IMG/VR virus record: IMGVR_UViG_3300009157_000025
Coordinates: 1 to 47,354 of that record
Strand: one strand, 5' to 3'
Source: a virus
Lineage: Duplodnaviria; Caudoviricetes
Length of the DNA: 47,354 nucleotides
This document shows positions 1 to 8,737 of this stretch, one piece after another. Under the pieces are notes generated by a model that was not told the DNA's origin, made no database searches, and worked only from the letters and a program-made list of their open reading frames with translations. Each line of letters starts with the position of its first letter. Position 1 is the first letter of the stretch. The translations under genes and the position numbers were made by a program.

Positions 1-82
1 ACAAAAGAAAAAAAAAAGGGAGAACACAGAGAAGGGGCGGGAGAGAGGGTCGTCTTTTTGTTTTTTTTTTTTTTTTTTTTTT
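1..82. repeat. Low-quality terminal sequence with poly(dT) tract; degraded copy of 47031-47100 (circular junction)
   Basis: 18-60 (gggagaacac...gagagagggtcgtctttttg) loosely matches 47031-47070 (gggtgacacc...gagaaaggatagtattg); both are followed by a T run. Confidence 0.6.
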
Positions 83-130
83 ATATATACTATTTATCTT
101 ACTACTGCCACTGTCACCTATTCAGGACAC

Positions 131-159
131 TTGACATCCTAACCGGGGTGTGGTAGTAT
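131..159 (+). promoter_or_regulatory. sigma70-type promoter, extended -10
   Basis: TTGACA (131-136), 17-nt spacer ending TGG, TAGTAT (154-159). Confidence 0.8.
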
Positions 160-229
160 CACAGAGACGGAGACTCACTCACTCAGAGGGTGTAAGAGTT
201 ACCGACCTCTCCAGAGGACACAATTTACT

Positions 230-433
230 ATGCTGGATACTATTAAAGCATGTAGTTTTAGAGTGAAGTGGAACTTACGAGAAGTGCATAAGGTTACACA
301 ATGGAAAGATGGTTGTGTATATCGCACTAAGAGTTTAGGTATGATAGTCTGCCTACCGGACTATAAACTACTAAATCAGGACGTTCAAATTGGAAGCGTA
401 TCAACTAAGATATCTAAGGAATTAATGTTATGA
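230..433 (+). CDS. hypothetical early protein
   Basis: ORF track; GAGGA SD upstream; stop overlaps next ATG. Confidence 0.6.
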   Translation: MLDTIKACSFRVKWNLREVHKVTQWKDGCVYRTKSLGMIVCLPDYKLLNQDVQIGSVSTKISKELML

Positions 434-579
434 CTCCTGAACATTTAGCTAATCTTAAATCACTAAGTGATAGATTACAATATCTGACGGATAATCCATA
501 TCCTGATAATAAAGCATGGCAACTTAAACTTAAAATTATAATTAAATCTTTACAAGGATTTATAGATACTGAGGTATAA
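430..579 (+). CDS. hypothetical protein, 49 aa (MTPEHLANLK...)
   Basis: Translated by hand; AAGGA SD; ATGA overlap; fills gap exactly. Confidence 0.6.
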   Translation: MTPEHLANLKSLSDRLQYLTDNPYPDNKAWQLKLKIIIKSLQGFIDTEV

Positions 580-580
580 G

Positions 581-799
581 ATGCAATCATTCTTAGTTCA
601 GTTGGCTGATAGAAAGTTTACTCTCTTATATGTGCCGGTTAGATTTGTTCCTTCAGTGGTGAAATTAACTGATAATAGTGGTAAGCTTAAGTGGGCGGCC
701 GCGTATTTAGTTGCACAATTGCCTGGTGCATACTGGATGCGTAGGGATAGTTTAAGCTTCTTAAGAGAATACGAATATAAAAAACATTGGCGTCCGTAA
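581..799 (+). CDS. hypothetical early protein
   Basis: ORF track; GAGGT SD. Confidence 0.6.
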   Translation: MQSFLVQLADRKFTLLYVPVRFVPSVVKLTDNSGKLKWAAAYLVAQLPGAYWMRRDSLSFLREYEYKKHWRP

Positions 800-810
800 T
801 TAATTCTTGC

Positions 811-852
811 ATCCTGTTTACAGTTTATTATCATAGAACCTGTAGATAGGAT
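811..852 (+). other. intergenic RNA hairpin (13 bp with G-U pairs); possible RNase III site
   Basis: ATCCTGTTTACAG (811-823) pairs with CTGTAGATAGGAT (840-852). Confidence 0.6.
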
Positions 853-880
853 AGAATGATTAATTCTTTAGGAGAATGAT

Positions 881-1150
881 ATGCTAAAGATTCTTCAATT
901 AAGCCATAAGACTTATGTTCCTTTCTGTGGATTGGAATGCTGTGGTAACAAATTCGGACGCATTGAACGTTCATGTCATGCCAATACACATGGTCGTATC
1001 AATCGTATGAAAAGGGCTAGACGTTATGCTAAACATGTAGAACGTCAGTTAATTAAGAAGGAAATTGCTTCACAGTTACATGAAGAATATCTTGAGATAA
1101 TGGAATTTATCGAAGAAATGCAGGAGTTATTCGCAGATATGGAGTATTAA
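881..1150 (+). CDS. hypothetical protein
   Basis: ORF track; AGGAG SD. Confidence 0.7.
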   Translation: MLKILQLSHKTYVPFCGLECCGNKFGRIERSCHANTHGRINRMKRARRYAKHVERQLIKKEIASQLHEEYLEIMEFIEEMQELFADMEY

Positions 1151-1153
1151 GAA

Positions 1154-1474
1154 ATGAGTAGTTCAAATAAAAAACACGTTCATAAGTATTATAAGAGTTA
1201 TCTACATGGTAATTCTGGTGATTTCTTGTGGACGTGCGCGCTTCCAACTTGTCAACATCATATGCCTAAGCATTATGAGCATACTCTTAAGAATAAGATG
1301 AGTGCATGCTGGGGCAATTCCGTAGATTGTGAGTCTGTAGTAGTATTAGATGAACGCGCATGGCGTATGGATAAGCCACTATGTCAAGGATGCGATGCTA
1401 ACTTTATTAGTATTGAAGATCCTGATTTGGTAGCTAAGCTTCTTAAAGCTGGATTAGTTAAAGAGGGTGAGTAG
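1154..1474 (+). CDS. Cys/His-rich probable zinc-binding protein
   Basis: HxH...CxxxxCxH, C-x5-C and CxxC motifs; GGAG SD. Confidence 0.65.
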   Translation: MSSSNKKHVHKYYKSYLHGNSGDFLWTCALPTCQHHMPKHYEHTLKNKMSACWGNSVDCESVVVLDERAWRMDKPLCQGCDANFISIEDPDLVAKLLKAGLVKEGE

Positions 1475-2201
1475 TATGTCCAATATGCCTACAGAATGTG
1501 AATGCTGCACTAATCAAGCTACTAAAGATGATCCTCTTAAACTGTTTATGACAATGTGGATGTGCCCATCTTGTATAGAAAAGAATAAGGTATTGACGGA
1601 GATTTCAGAGAAGAATGTAGATATTAGGTTGCAAACTGAACGTGAGCGCGGGAATGATGTAGTTCAGATTAATAACATTCTTAAGAAAGCTCAGGCCGTA
1701 GTAGCATCTGTAGAAGTTAAAACTGATATCTTCAATGCACAAACGGTCGCAATTGTAGATATCGCGGCTGCTATTAATGCGGATGAGTCTATTGAGAATA
1801 AGAATGGTGCATTGGCCGATAACCTATTGGCTATGTATACCTCATATAAGGAAAAGATATTCGCTAATCAGCAGGAGAATGTGGAGCTTGCTAATAAGCA
1901 GAATGCAATTCAGAAATACCTTAATGAGTTAAAGAATAAACTAACTGAAGCTGAACGTGAACGTTATCAGCTACTCGATGTTAACTATCATCCGTCGAAG
2001 GTTAAGATGGCTAATAAGCCTATTAACTCTCCGGCTAAGCCTAAGAAATATGATAAGGCTGATATCGTTAAAGCCGCTCAGCGTGCTAATGTTCCTGTTA
2101 GTGTTATTCAGATGCTATGCGTAGCTAAGAATATGACGCCTACTCAGGCAAGTGATAGTCTGTTGAATGCAGGTAGCAAGCCTGAATTGCAGGGGGACTA
2201 A
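1467..2201 (+). CDS. hypothetical protein: N-terminal Zn finger, coiled coil, possible C-terminal helical DNA-binding domain
   Basis: CECC...CPSC; heptad-like middle; coupled to both neighbours. Confidence 0.65.
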   Translation: MSSMSNMPTECECCTNQATKDDPLKLFMTMWMCPSCIEKNKVLTEISEKNVDIRLQTERERGNDVVQINNILKKAQAVVASVEVKTDIFNAQTVAIVDIAAAINADESIENKNGALADNLLAMYTSYKEKIFANQQENVELANKQNAIQKYLNELKNKLTEAERERYQLLDVNYHPSKVKMANKPINSPAKPKKYDKADIVKAAQRANVPVSVIQMLCVAKNMTPTQASDSLLNAGSKPELQGD

Positions 2202-2407
2202 TGGATATTAACCTTATCTATAGACTTAGAAAAGCTATAGAAGAAACTGAAGATGCAGGTAGAGAAATCTATTATGCTATGACATTTCTTGAACAGACAA
2301 ATCCAGCTAGAGCTAATCTTAATTTAGCTCTTAAATATCTTGGTATAACTAAACCCGAAGATGTAGGTCTTAGCAATACAGTTCTTACTAGAGGGAATAG
2401 AGTATGA
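2201..2407 (+). CDS. hypothetical protein
   Basis: ORF track; TAATG coupling; GGGGG SD. Confidence 0.6.
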   Translation: MDINLIYRLRKAIEETEDAGREIYYAMTFLEQTNPARANLNLALKYLGITKPEDVGLSNTVLTRGNRV

Positions 2408-2637
2408 AGACAATAACTAAGAAGGAAGAACTTAACATTATTAATGAAGCCGCTAACATCATGGTTATACTGGCTATGATGGGATATGAGCGTAACTTCA
2501 AGACTGCGCTCGCACTAAGGTTTATCGCTACTACTTGTGAGAATGAAGATCCTAGAGTTGGACATAGGGATACTAATGAAGTTAGACAGGAACTTGCTAT
2601 GGTCCTGGCTATGAATGAAGTTAGGGTGGTAGATTAA
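2404..2637 (+). CDS. hypothetical protein
   Basis: ORF track; ATGA coupling. Confidence 0.6.
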   Translation: MKTITKKEELNIINEAANIMVILAMMGYERNFKTALALRFIATTCENEDPRVGHRDTNEVRQELAMVLAMNEVRVVD

Positions 2638-2807
2638 TGGTTATTAAAGATATACGATTGGCAATCGCAACTGATATCCTTAATGGTATGCTATCTTCTG
2701 CTGCAATTGTAGATAGACATCTAGTAGAGAAAGATAAGTGGTGTAAGGTTGCAGTTGAATGGGCAGATAAGTTGATTAAGGCTAATACCGAATATACGGG
2801 TTATTAA
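2637..2807 (+). CDS. small phage protein, 56 aa (MVIKDIRLAIATDILNGML...AVEWADKLI)
   Basis: Translated by hand; TAATG coupling; resembles common small phage proteins with an A..xxGxL...AV..ADxLI pattern. Confidence 0.6.
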   Translation: MVIKDIRLAIATDILNGMLSSAAIVDRHLVEKDKWCKVAVEWADKLIKANTEYTGY

Positions 2808-2813
2808 TTCTGC

Positions 2814-2852
2814 AACATGCCCCTTAGTTAACTTATGATTAAGGGGTATGTT
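2814..2852 (+). other. intergenic RNA hairpin (17 bp, 3 G-U pairs, 5-nt loop); RNase III site or terminator
   Basis: AACATGCCCCTTAGTTA (2814-2830) pairs with TGATTAAGGGGTATGTT (2836-2852). Confidence 0.7.
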
Positions 2853-2911
2853 AGAGAATTAATATGCTGCTAATAAGGAGTGTCCTCAAAAGTGGACGGT
2901 AAAGATTACAC

Positions 2912-2940
2912 TTGACAAGCCGCTCGACTTGTGATAGAAT
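2912..2940 (+). promoter_or_regulatory. sigma70-type promoter, extended -10
   Basis: TTGACA (2912-2917), 17-nt spacer ending TGA, TAGAAT (2935-2940). Confidence 0.85.
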
Positions 2941-2977
2941 GTTCTGGACTGCAAAATATTGGTTATAGGGAAGTAAT

Positions 2978-3190
2978 ATGCTATTCAATAAACTAGTCAA
3001 TCAAGCTGTAAAGGATAGGAATGAACTTCTTAGTTACGGCAGAGGTAAGTTGGTTGCAAATATTGAATTAGATATTTGTTATCTGTTTATTCTGCCGTTC
3101 AATGGAGTATATATCGAACATCCTATTGGTTATTATAGTTACCATATCTATAATGGTAATGTAACTAGGGAGTGGAATAGCAATGGATAG
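2978..3190 (+). CDS. hypothetical protein
   Basis: ORF track; directly downstream of promoter. Confidence 0.6.
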   Translation: MLFNKLVNQAVKDRNELLSYGRGKLVANIELDICYLFILPFNGVYIEHPIGYYSYHIYNGNVTREWNSNG

Positions 3191-5282
3191 AAGTGACGCT
3201 ATCAAACTTCTAAGAAGTACGTTAGATGCTCATAATCTGGGAGATTGGGGTATCCGTCTTAATCAGAATGCAGCCGCGCCTTTTCTTGCACTGTGCTCAC
3301 ATAAGGATAAGGTTATCATCCTTAATGCACATCATGTAGACCAGCATCCTCTGGTTGAACTTACTAATACTATTAAGCATGAGGTTGCTCATGCTATTGT
3401 TGGTCCGGGCAATGGTCATAACGAAACATGGGCTAATATGGCTCGTGCTATTGGTTGTGATAACGTTGCTCCATGCGCTAACTTTGGACTAAATCCACAA
3501 GTTATTGACGCTATTCGTTCAGGCGCGGAAGTTGAGATTATTGTTAATGAGACTACTGTAAGAAACTACGACTATCGTATCACTCAGCTTAAGGATAAGT
3601 GCGAAACGTGCGGTAAGGTAGCCGTATTTGACCGTGATATGAATGTTCCCTCTAGGGATGAAATTAATCCAGATAAGAAGATTACATTCTTCAAATGTGG
3701 CCACTTTAGAATAACTGAATTGCCGAAGGCTACGCCATTCCATCTGTTAGCATGGGGTGGTAATAAAGATTGTAAACATGAGTGGTTTAAAACTACTTGT
3801 GTCACTTGTGGTGCATACCGTGCATATCCATTCCAAGTTGAGGGAATGAAGTTTGCCGAACGTGCATTAATGAGTGGTAAGGGAGTTGGTATATTCGATG
3901 ATATGGGATTGGGTAAAACAATCCAAGCATTGGGTGTACTAAAGTATCTTCCTAATACGGGTAAGATTTGTTTTGGAGTTAAGTCAGCAATTAAATTCCA
4001 GTGGTTCAAGACTGCATTAGCAGTTATGGGAGATGAGTTTCTTCCTCAGATTATCAATTCGTCGAATGATATTCTGATTCCCAATATCAAAGTCTACATC
4101 ATTAGCTACGATATGCTAGTGTTCAAGACTAAAAAGCTTAAAAGCGGTAAGACTGTTCATCAAGGATTTGATGTAAATAAATTAATCGCGGCCGGGGTTA
4201 AGACTCTAGTCCTAGATGAATGTCAGCAATTAAAAAATCCTGATGCTAGTCGTACTCAGGAAATTAGGAAGCTTGCTAAGCACTGTAAAGTAATTGCACT
4301 TAGTGGTACACCGTGGAAGAATAACGGTAGCGAATTCTTCTCAGTGCTGAATATGATTGATCCTATCAGGTTCAATTCATACGCGGGATTCACTAAGAAT
4401 TGGGTTAAGAGTTACTTTGATAGTAATGGTAAGCCTAAACTCGGTGGTATTAAGGATGTTCCACGCTTCCGTGAGTTTACTAAGGATTTCCTGATTAGAC
4501 GTGAGCGTGCAACTGTATTGCCTGAGTTGCCGCTGATTAATAGACAGGCATTGTATGTTAAGCTAGAGGAAGTTGAACAGCAAACATACGATGATAGTAC
4601 GAGTAACTTCGTTAAGTGGTGGAATGAGAAAGTAATCTCAGGTGAAGATACTCATGCAGCAACATCCTTACAGCTTCTGGCACAGCTTACTCATCTCCGG
4701 CACATTTCGGGATTGGCTAAAATACCTGCTACACTTGAGTTTGTGGAGCAATTCACTGAACAGGCGGACGTTAAGAAACTATTGATTGGTGTCCATCATA
4801 TTGACGTTGGACAGACACTATACGATGAGTTGAAGAAAACATATCCTGACTATCTCGTACTGAAGATTACCGGCAGTATGAATAGCATGGAGAAATTCGA
4901 AGCACAGGAACAGTTCAATAATACAGAGAAGGTATTGTGCGTAGCAAGTACTCTCGCCGCTGGAGAGGGTATGAACCTACAGACTGCTAATGCTGTAGTA
5001 TTGCATGAGAGACAGTGGAATCCAGCTAACGAACAGCAATTTGAAGATAGAATCGTCCGTATCGGACAGACTTCAAATCATGTAACGGCTACATATGTAT
5101 TAGGTGAAGGGACTGTAGATGATTTGTTCCATGGAATTGTAGAAGGTAAACGTATTCACTTCCACAGTTCGATGAATGAGAATGAATTGTCTAATCCATC
5201 GTGGATTGAATCAGACTTGATGCACGATTTGGCTAATGCAATTGTGGCTAAATTCAATAAGCAGAATAGGAAGGCTGCCTAA
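3183..5282 (+). CDS. SprT-like zinc metalloprotease fused to SNF2-family helicase/translocase
   Basis: N-terminal IKHEVAHA...GHNETW; Zn ribbons; DDMGLGKT, VLDECQ, LSGTP, GEGMNLQ, WNP...Q.EDRIVRIGQ. Confidence 0.9.
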   Translation: MDRSDAIKLLRSTLDAHNLGDWGIRLNQNAAAPFLALCSHKDKVIILNAHHVDQHPLVELTNTIKHEVAHAIVGPGNGHNETWANMARAIGCDNVAPCANFGLNPQVIDAIRSGAEVEIIVNETTVRNYDYRITQLKDKCETCGKVAVFDRDMNVPSRDEINPDKKITFFKCGHFRITELPKATPFHLLAWGGNKDCKHEWFKTTCVTCGAYRAYPFQVEGMKFAERALMSGKGVGIFDDMGLGKTIQALGVLKYLPNTGKICFGVKSAIKFQWFKTALAVMGDEFLPQIINSSNDILIPNIKVYIISYDMLVFKTKKLKSGKTVHQGFDVNKLIAAGVKTLVLDECQQLKNPDASRTQEIRKLAKHCKVIALSGTPWKNNGSEFFSVLNMIDPIRFNSYAGFTKNWVKSYFDSNGKPKLGGIKDVPRFREFTKDFLIRRERATVLPELPLINRQALYVKLEEVEQQTYDDSTSNFVKWWNEKVISGEDTHAATSLQLLAQLTHLRHISGLAKIPATLEFVEQFTEQADVKKLLIGVHHIDVGQTLYDELKKTYPDYLVLKITGSMNSMEKFEAQEQFNNTEKVLCVASTLAAGEGMNLQTANAVVLHERQWNPANEQQFEDRIVRIGQTSNHVTATYVLGEGTVDDLFHGIVEGKRIHFHSSMNENELSNPSWIESDLMHDLANAIVAKFNKQNRKAA

Positions 5283-5283
5283 T

Positions 5284-5445
5284 ATGACTAAATGGCAATG
5301 GTCAGTTATGCTTGCTATCATCCGTATAGTTCTAAAGATAGAAGCAAGAACTAATGATGATAACCATGAATGGTTTGATTCTCAAGTATCAACAGATCGT
5401 GGGTTACTTGAACAAGCTATAAATAGAGGATATAATAATGAGTGA
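5284..5445 (+). CDS. small hypothetical protein (likely start MTKWQW)
   Basis: Part of ORF 5236..5445; ATG one base after the helicase stop. Confidence 0.5.
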   Translation: MTKWQWSVMLAIIRIVLKIEARTNDDNHEWFDSQVSTDRGLLEQAINRGYNNE

Positions 5446-5761
5446 CAATATGGACCCTCCCTATGATGAAGATTGGGAGTATGATGATGAAAATGAAGAA
5501 AGATATCCCTCTATTGGGAAATTTATGGATAGATTAAAGGAAATTAATAAAGTGAACAATAAGAAATACGAAGTTAATAAGTTTTACATTGGTAGCAATT
5601 CAGTATTCGATCGTCAGTGGGGTCATCCCACTCTTACTAAAGCTGTAGATCATGCGCGTGGTCTAATGGAAGCTCAGAGTAAGGATGAAATCTTCATTGT
5701 TAAGATTGTACGGGTAGTCCGTCGTAAGACGGCACCTGTAGAAGTTATTGAGATTAAATAG
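5438..5761 (+). CDS. hypothetical protein with acidic N-terminus
   Basis: ORF track; GAGGA SD. Confidence 0.65.
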   Translation: MSDNMDPPYDEDWEYDDENEERYPSIGKFMDRLKEINKVNNKKYEVNKFYIGSNSVFDRQWGHPTLTKAVDHARGLMEAQSKDEIFIVKIVRVVRRKTAPVEVIEIK

Positions 5762-6715
5762 ATGGATATCATTCCAGCACCTAAACAAAACGTAATATTC
5801 GATGCCACACTCCTATCAGGTATGGGATGCGGCCGTTTCTTCGACTTTCGCTATAACCATAACTTTGTTCAGCGTACGGGTAAGTCTAATTCCCTTGAAT
5901 GTGGCTCTCTTGCTCACGTTATTCTAGAACACTACTATAACGCCATCATTGCTCGCATGAAAAGAAGCGATGCAATTGGATTTGGTTTCGCAGCGGGGCA
6001 ACAGTATATCGCAGGTTGTATCCATTGTACAGACTTCAAGCCTACTGAGGAACTACCTAAGCCTACGTGTGGTCATAAAGCCAATAGTTTTCCAGGTGTC
6101 CATAATACTCCGGCTGATAATGAAGGTTCTATTATCGGTTGGAAGTGGGTACTGGAAACGATGGAACAGTATTTTGATTATTATAAGAATGATTTCTGGA
6201 TTCCCCTTGAAGTTGAGTGTGTAAAACGAGAAATTATCTTTGAAGATGATCAAATCCGTGTAATGTGGAAAGCTAAGCTTGACGTTATCATGGATACCAA
6301 TCAGGCAATTATGCCTATGGATCACAAGACGATGAAGCAAAATCGTGAAGTTTGTGATCTTAATAATCAGTTCCAGGGTCAGTGTTTTCTGACTAAACAG
6401 CGGTCAGTAATCATTGATAAGATTGGTTTCCAAAGGACTCTAAAAGCAGAACAGAAGTTCCTCCGTCCTATCATTACCTATTCGGCTGATAGACTATTGG
6501 AATGGCAATCTGAGATTGTTCCATATTATGCATACAGACTCCTTGAATACAACCAGAGTGGTTACTGGCCCCCTGACTATACTCGTTGTGAAGGTAAGTT
6601 TGGGAATTGTGTATTCATGGACACTTGCAAAGTGGACCGAAATATGCGCGAACAAGAATTGAACGTTAATTTCGTCGTAGGACAGAAGTGGGATGTTGGT
6701 AATGATGATGACTAA
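5762..6715 (+). CDS. PD-(D/E)xK Cas4/RecB-like exonuclease
   Basis: N-terminal Cys and G..xH; E...KLD...MDHKT; Q motif; C-terminal C...C..x..C cluster. Confidence 0.85.
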   Translation: MDIIPAPKQNVIFDATLLSGMGCGRFFDFRYNHNFVQRTGKSNSLECGSLAHVILEHYYNAIIARMKRSDAIGFGFAAGQQYIAGCIHCTDFKPTEELPKPTCGHKANSFPGVHNTPADNEGSIIGWKWVLETMEQYFDYYKNDFWIPLEVECVKREIIFEDDQIRVMWKAKLDVIMDTNQAIMPMDHKTMKQNREVCDLNNQFQGQCFLTKQRSVIIDKIGFQRTLKAEQKFLRPIITYSADRLLEWQSEIVPYYAYRLLEYNQSGYWPPDYTRCEGKFGNCVFMDTCKVDRNMREQELNVNFVVGQKWDVGNDDD

Positions 6716-6717
6716 TA

Positions 6718-7206
6718 GTGAGGAGAATTAAGATGGCAAAGAAAACACGTAAAAAAGTTAAACTTCCGGTGCCACGTTCAATCAGCAGATTGTATCCAAA
6801 CGTGAAGTTCTGTGAGGAAGCTACTAAAGCAATCAATGTAGATGTATCACGTAATGATTGTAAAGTTGGTCGTAAATCAGATCCAACTGAATGTGCTTTA
6901 GCTAAAGCTGTTAAACGTGAATTCCATGCTGATGCGGCTATCATTGGTATGACAACTTCATATATCATCAAGGATAATAAAGCTATCCGGTATTCAACTC
7001 CTGATAGTGTGAAACGAGAGATTATCTCTTTCGATAGACATCAGGACTTCGAGCCGGGTTCGTATTATCTTATTCCCAGTTCTCCAGCTAATAGGCTTGG
7101 TAGTCATAGATCATCTGGTAAAAGTGGTAATCACAAAACACGTAGAGTTTATCATAAGACTGCTCGTGTTCGTATTCTTCCATCCGGTGTAGACTCGGAA
7201 GCATAA
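6718..7206 (+). CDS. basic hypothetical protein (likely start ATG 6733)
   Basis: GAGGAG SD before MAKKTRKK; V..ND...G....CALAKA pattern. Confidence 0.65.
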   Translation: MRRIKMAKKTRKKVKLPVPRSISRLYPNVKFCEEATKAINVDVSRNDCKVGRKSDPTECALAKAVKREFHADAAIIGMTTSYIIKDNKAIRYSTPDSVKREIISFDRHQDFEPGSYYLIPSSPANRLGSHRSSGKSGNHKTRRVYHKTARVRILPSGVDSEA

Positions 7207-8022
7207 ATGCCAAATCTAAGTAACGTTGATCCTTCTATACAATACGTAATGATGAAAGGGGAGCCGGGTACTCGTAAGAGTACTCAAGCTCTCTCATATC
7301 CATTACCTCAGTATTGGTTTAGTTGGGATCGTAAGATGTCAGGTATTCTGGTACCTGCACGTAAATGGGGTATTGACTTATCCCAAGTACAATATGACGA
7401 TTATGATGATTGGAGTAAAGCCAGTCAGAAGCTAGCTTCGCTACAGGTACAGTGTCCATTCAAGACGCTAATATTTGATAGTGTCACGTCATGCGCGGAT
7501 ATGACATTACGACAGACTATGAAAGCTAAGTCTGGTACTACTAGATCATCTGGGGCGAAAGCAGGTAAGCAGATTGCTGGCATTAACGTTAATGAGATTG
7601 AGGACTATAACGCTGAGTCCTCCGCACTTAATGAATTAATCGCATTGACTAAGGATATTAACCAGTTCCATAAAGTTAATATCATTCTGATTGCACACGT
7701 TATGGAAGCTTCGTATCAAAATGTAACTACGGGACAACAACGTGTCTCGCGTACTATTGTTACAGCCGGTAAACGTGTTGCAGCTAAGATTCCCGCATAC
7801 TGTACTGAAGTATATCACTTTGGTATTCTAAAGGGAATGATTGAAGGGCAAGGTGGAGAGTACACAATAGAAACTGAAAATACCGGAGACGATTTCGCGC
7901 GTACTGCACTGGATCTTCCTAGACAGATTAAGTTAGGGGACGATCCTCTGTACACTAAACATATCCTTCCAGCTATTAATAAGCTGAAGGGTAGTCCAGA
8001 AAAACAAGTAAAAACCTTTTAA
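7207..8022 (+). CDS. AAA_24 / Sak4-like recombination ATPase
   Basis: Walker A GEPGTRKST; Walker B LIFDSVT; IILIAH; lies between nuclease and SSB. Confidence 0.85.
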   Translation: MPNLSNVDPSIQYVMMKGEPGTRKSTQALSYPLPQYWFSWDRKMSGILVPARKWGIDLSQVQYDDYDDWSKASQKLASLQVQCPFKTLIFDSVTSCADMTLRQTMKAKSGTTRSSGAKAGKQIAGINVNEIEDYNAESSALNELIALTKDINQFHKVNIILIAHVMEASYQNVTTGQQRVSRTIVTAGKRVAAKIPAYCTEVYHFGILKGMIEGQGGEYTIETENTGDDFARTALDLPRQIKLGDDPLYTKHILPAINKLKGSPEKQVKTF

Positions 8023-8052
8023 AACAACAAACGTTATAGAAAGGGCATACAA

Positions 8053-8448
8053 ATGCCTATTATCGGATTTGACGAGCAGGACTTCCTTCGTGGTAAGATT
8101 GTTGCACCGGGTTGGTATCTCATGGAGATCAAGGAAGTCGGAGAAAAGCTCGCCGCTAATGGTGAGTCTACTAATTTCCCGACTGAGGGTGTGATCCTTC
8201 AGAATGATGATGATGGTTCTAAAGACTTCGCGGGTGTCCCCATCATCTGGAACTTCAATAGCAAGTTTAAGAGTGCAGTTATTGCATTCTTGGCTGCTAT
8301 GGGTCAGGAAGTTCAGCCTAATCAGCGTGTGGATCTGTCTGCCGCATCGGGTAAGAAGGTTGCCGTGTACGTGGATAACAAGACTTTTGAGGGACGTATT
8401 CTCAATAACGTCAATCACAAGTATCGTGTTCCTACGTCGCAGGTCTAA
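8053..8448 (+). CDS. DUF669-like single-stranded DNA-binding protein
   Basis: PGWY..EI.EV start; GK.V.V.V....FEG...NNV end; follows Sak4-like gene. Confidence 0.75.
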   Translation: MPIIGFDEQDFLRGKIVAPGWYLMEIKEVGEKLAANGESTNFPTEGVILQNDDDGSKDFAGVPIIWNFNSKFKSAVIAFLAAMGQEVQPNQRVDLSAASGKKVAVYVDNKTFEGRILNNVNHKYRVPTSQV

Positions 8449-8453
8449 CTAAT

Positions 8454-8547
8454 ATTAGTAGGGTTGTTGAGCTGAATAGGGTGCAATTCCGCATCTAATT
8501 AAGCCGAGGGACTACGGGACAGTGCTCCTACGGACGGCCCTACTAAT
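8454..8547 (+). ncRNA. structured intergenic RNA candidate 1
   Basis: 15-bp closing stem 8454-8468/8533-8547 with G-U pairs; internal GGTGCAATTCC T-loop-like element. Confidence 0.5.
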
Positions 8548-8573
8548 TATATTATCATAATAAGGAGAGTAAC

Positions 8574-8729
8574 ATGATTGATGAGATTAAGTATTGGATG
8601 GCCGATGGTGAGGAAGATACTTCAGCTGAAGTAGATTCTACCGATGGTGAGGACGATGAAGATGATGATGTAGACGATGATGACGAAGGTGATGAGCCTA
8701 CGTTAGATGATCCTACATCTGCTGACTAG
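8574..8729 (+). CDS. extremely acidic 51-aa protein (possible DNA mimic)
   Basis: TAAGGAG SD; MIDEIKYWMADGEEDTSAEVDSTDGEDDEDDDVDDDDEGDEPTLDDPTSAD. Confidence 0.8.
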   Translation: MIDEIKYWMADGEEDTSAEVDSTDGEDDEDDDVDDDDEGDEPTLDDPTSAD

Positions 8730-8737
8730 TTAAAAAT

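Noticed and set aside
5762-6715. CRISPR-Cas system suggested by the Cas4-like nuclease
   Set aside because: No repeat-spacer array or other cas genes; the context is the usual nuclease-Sak4-SSB recombination module.
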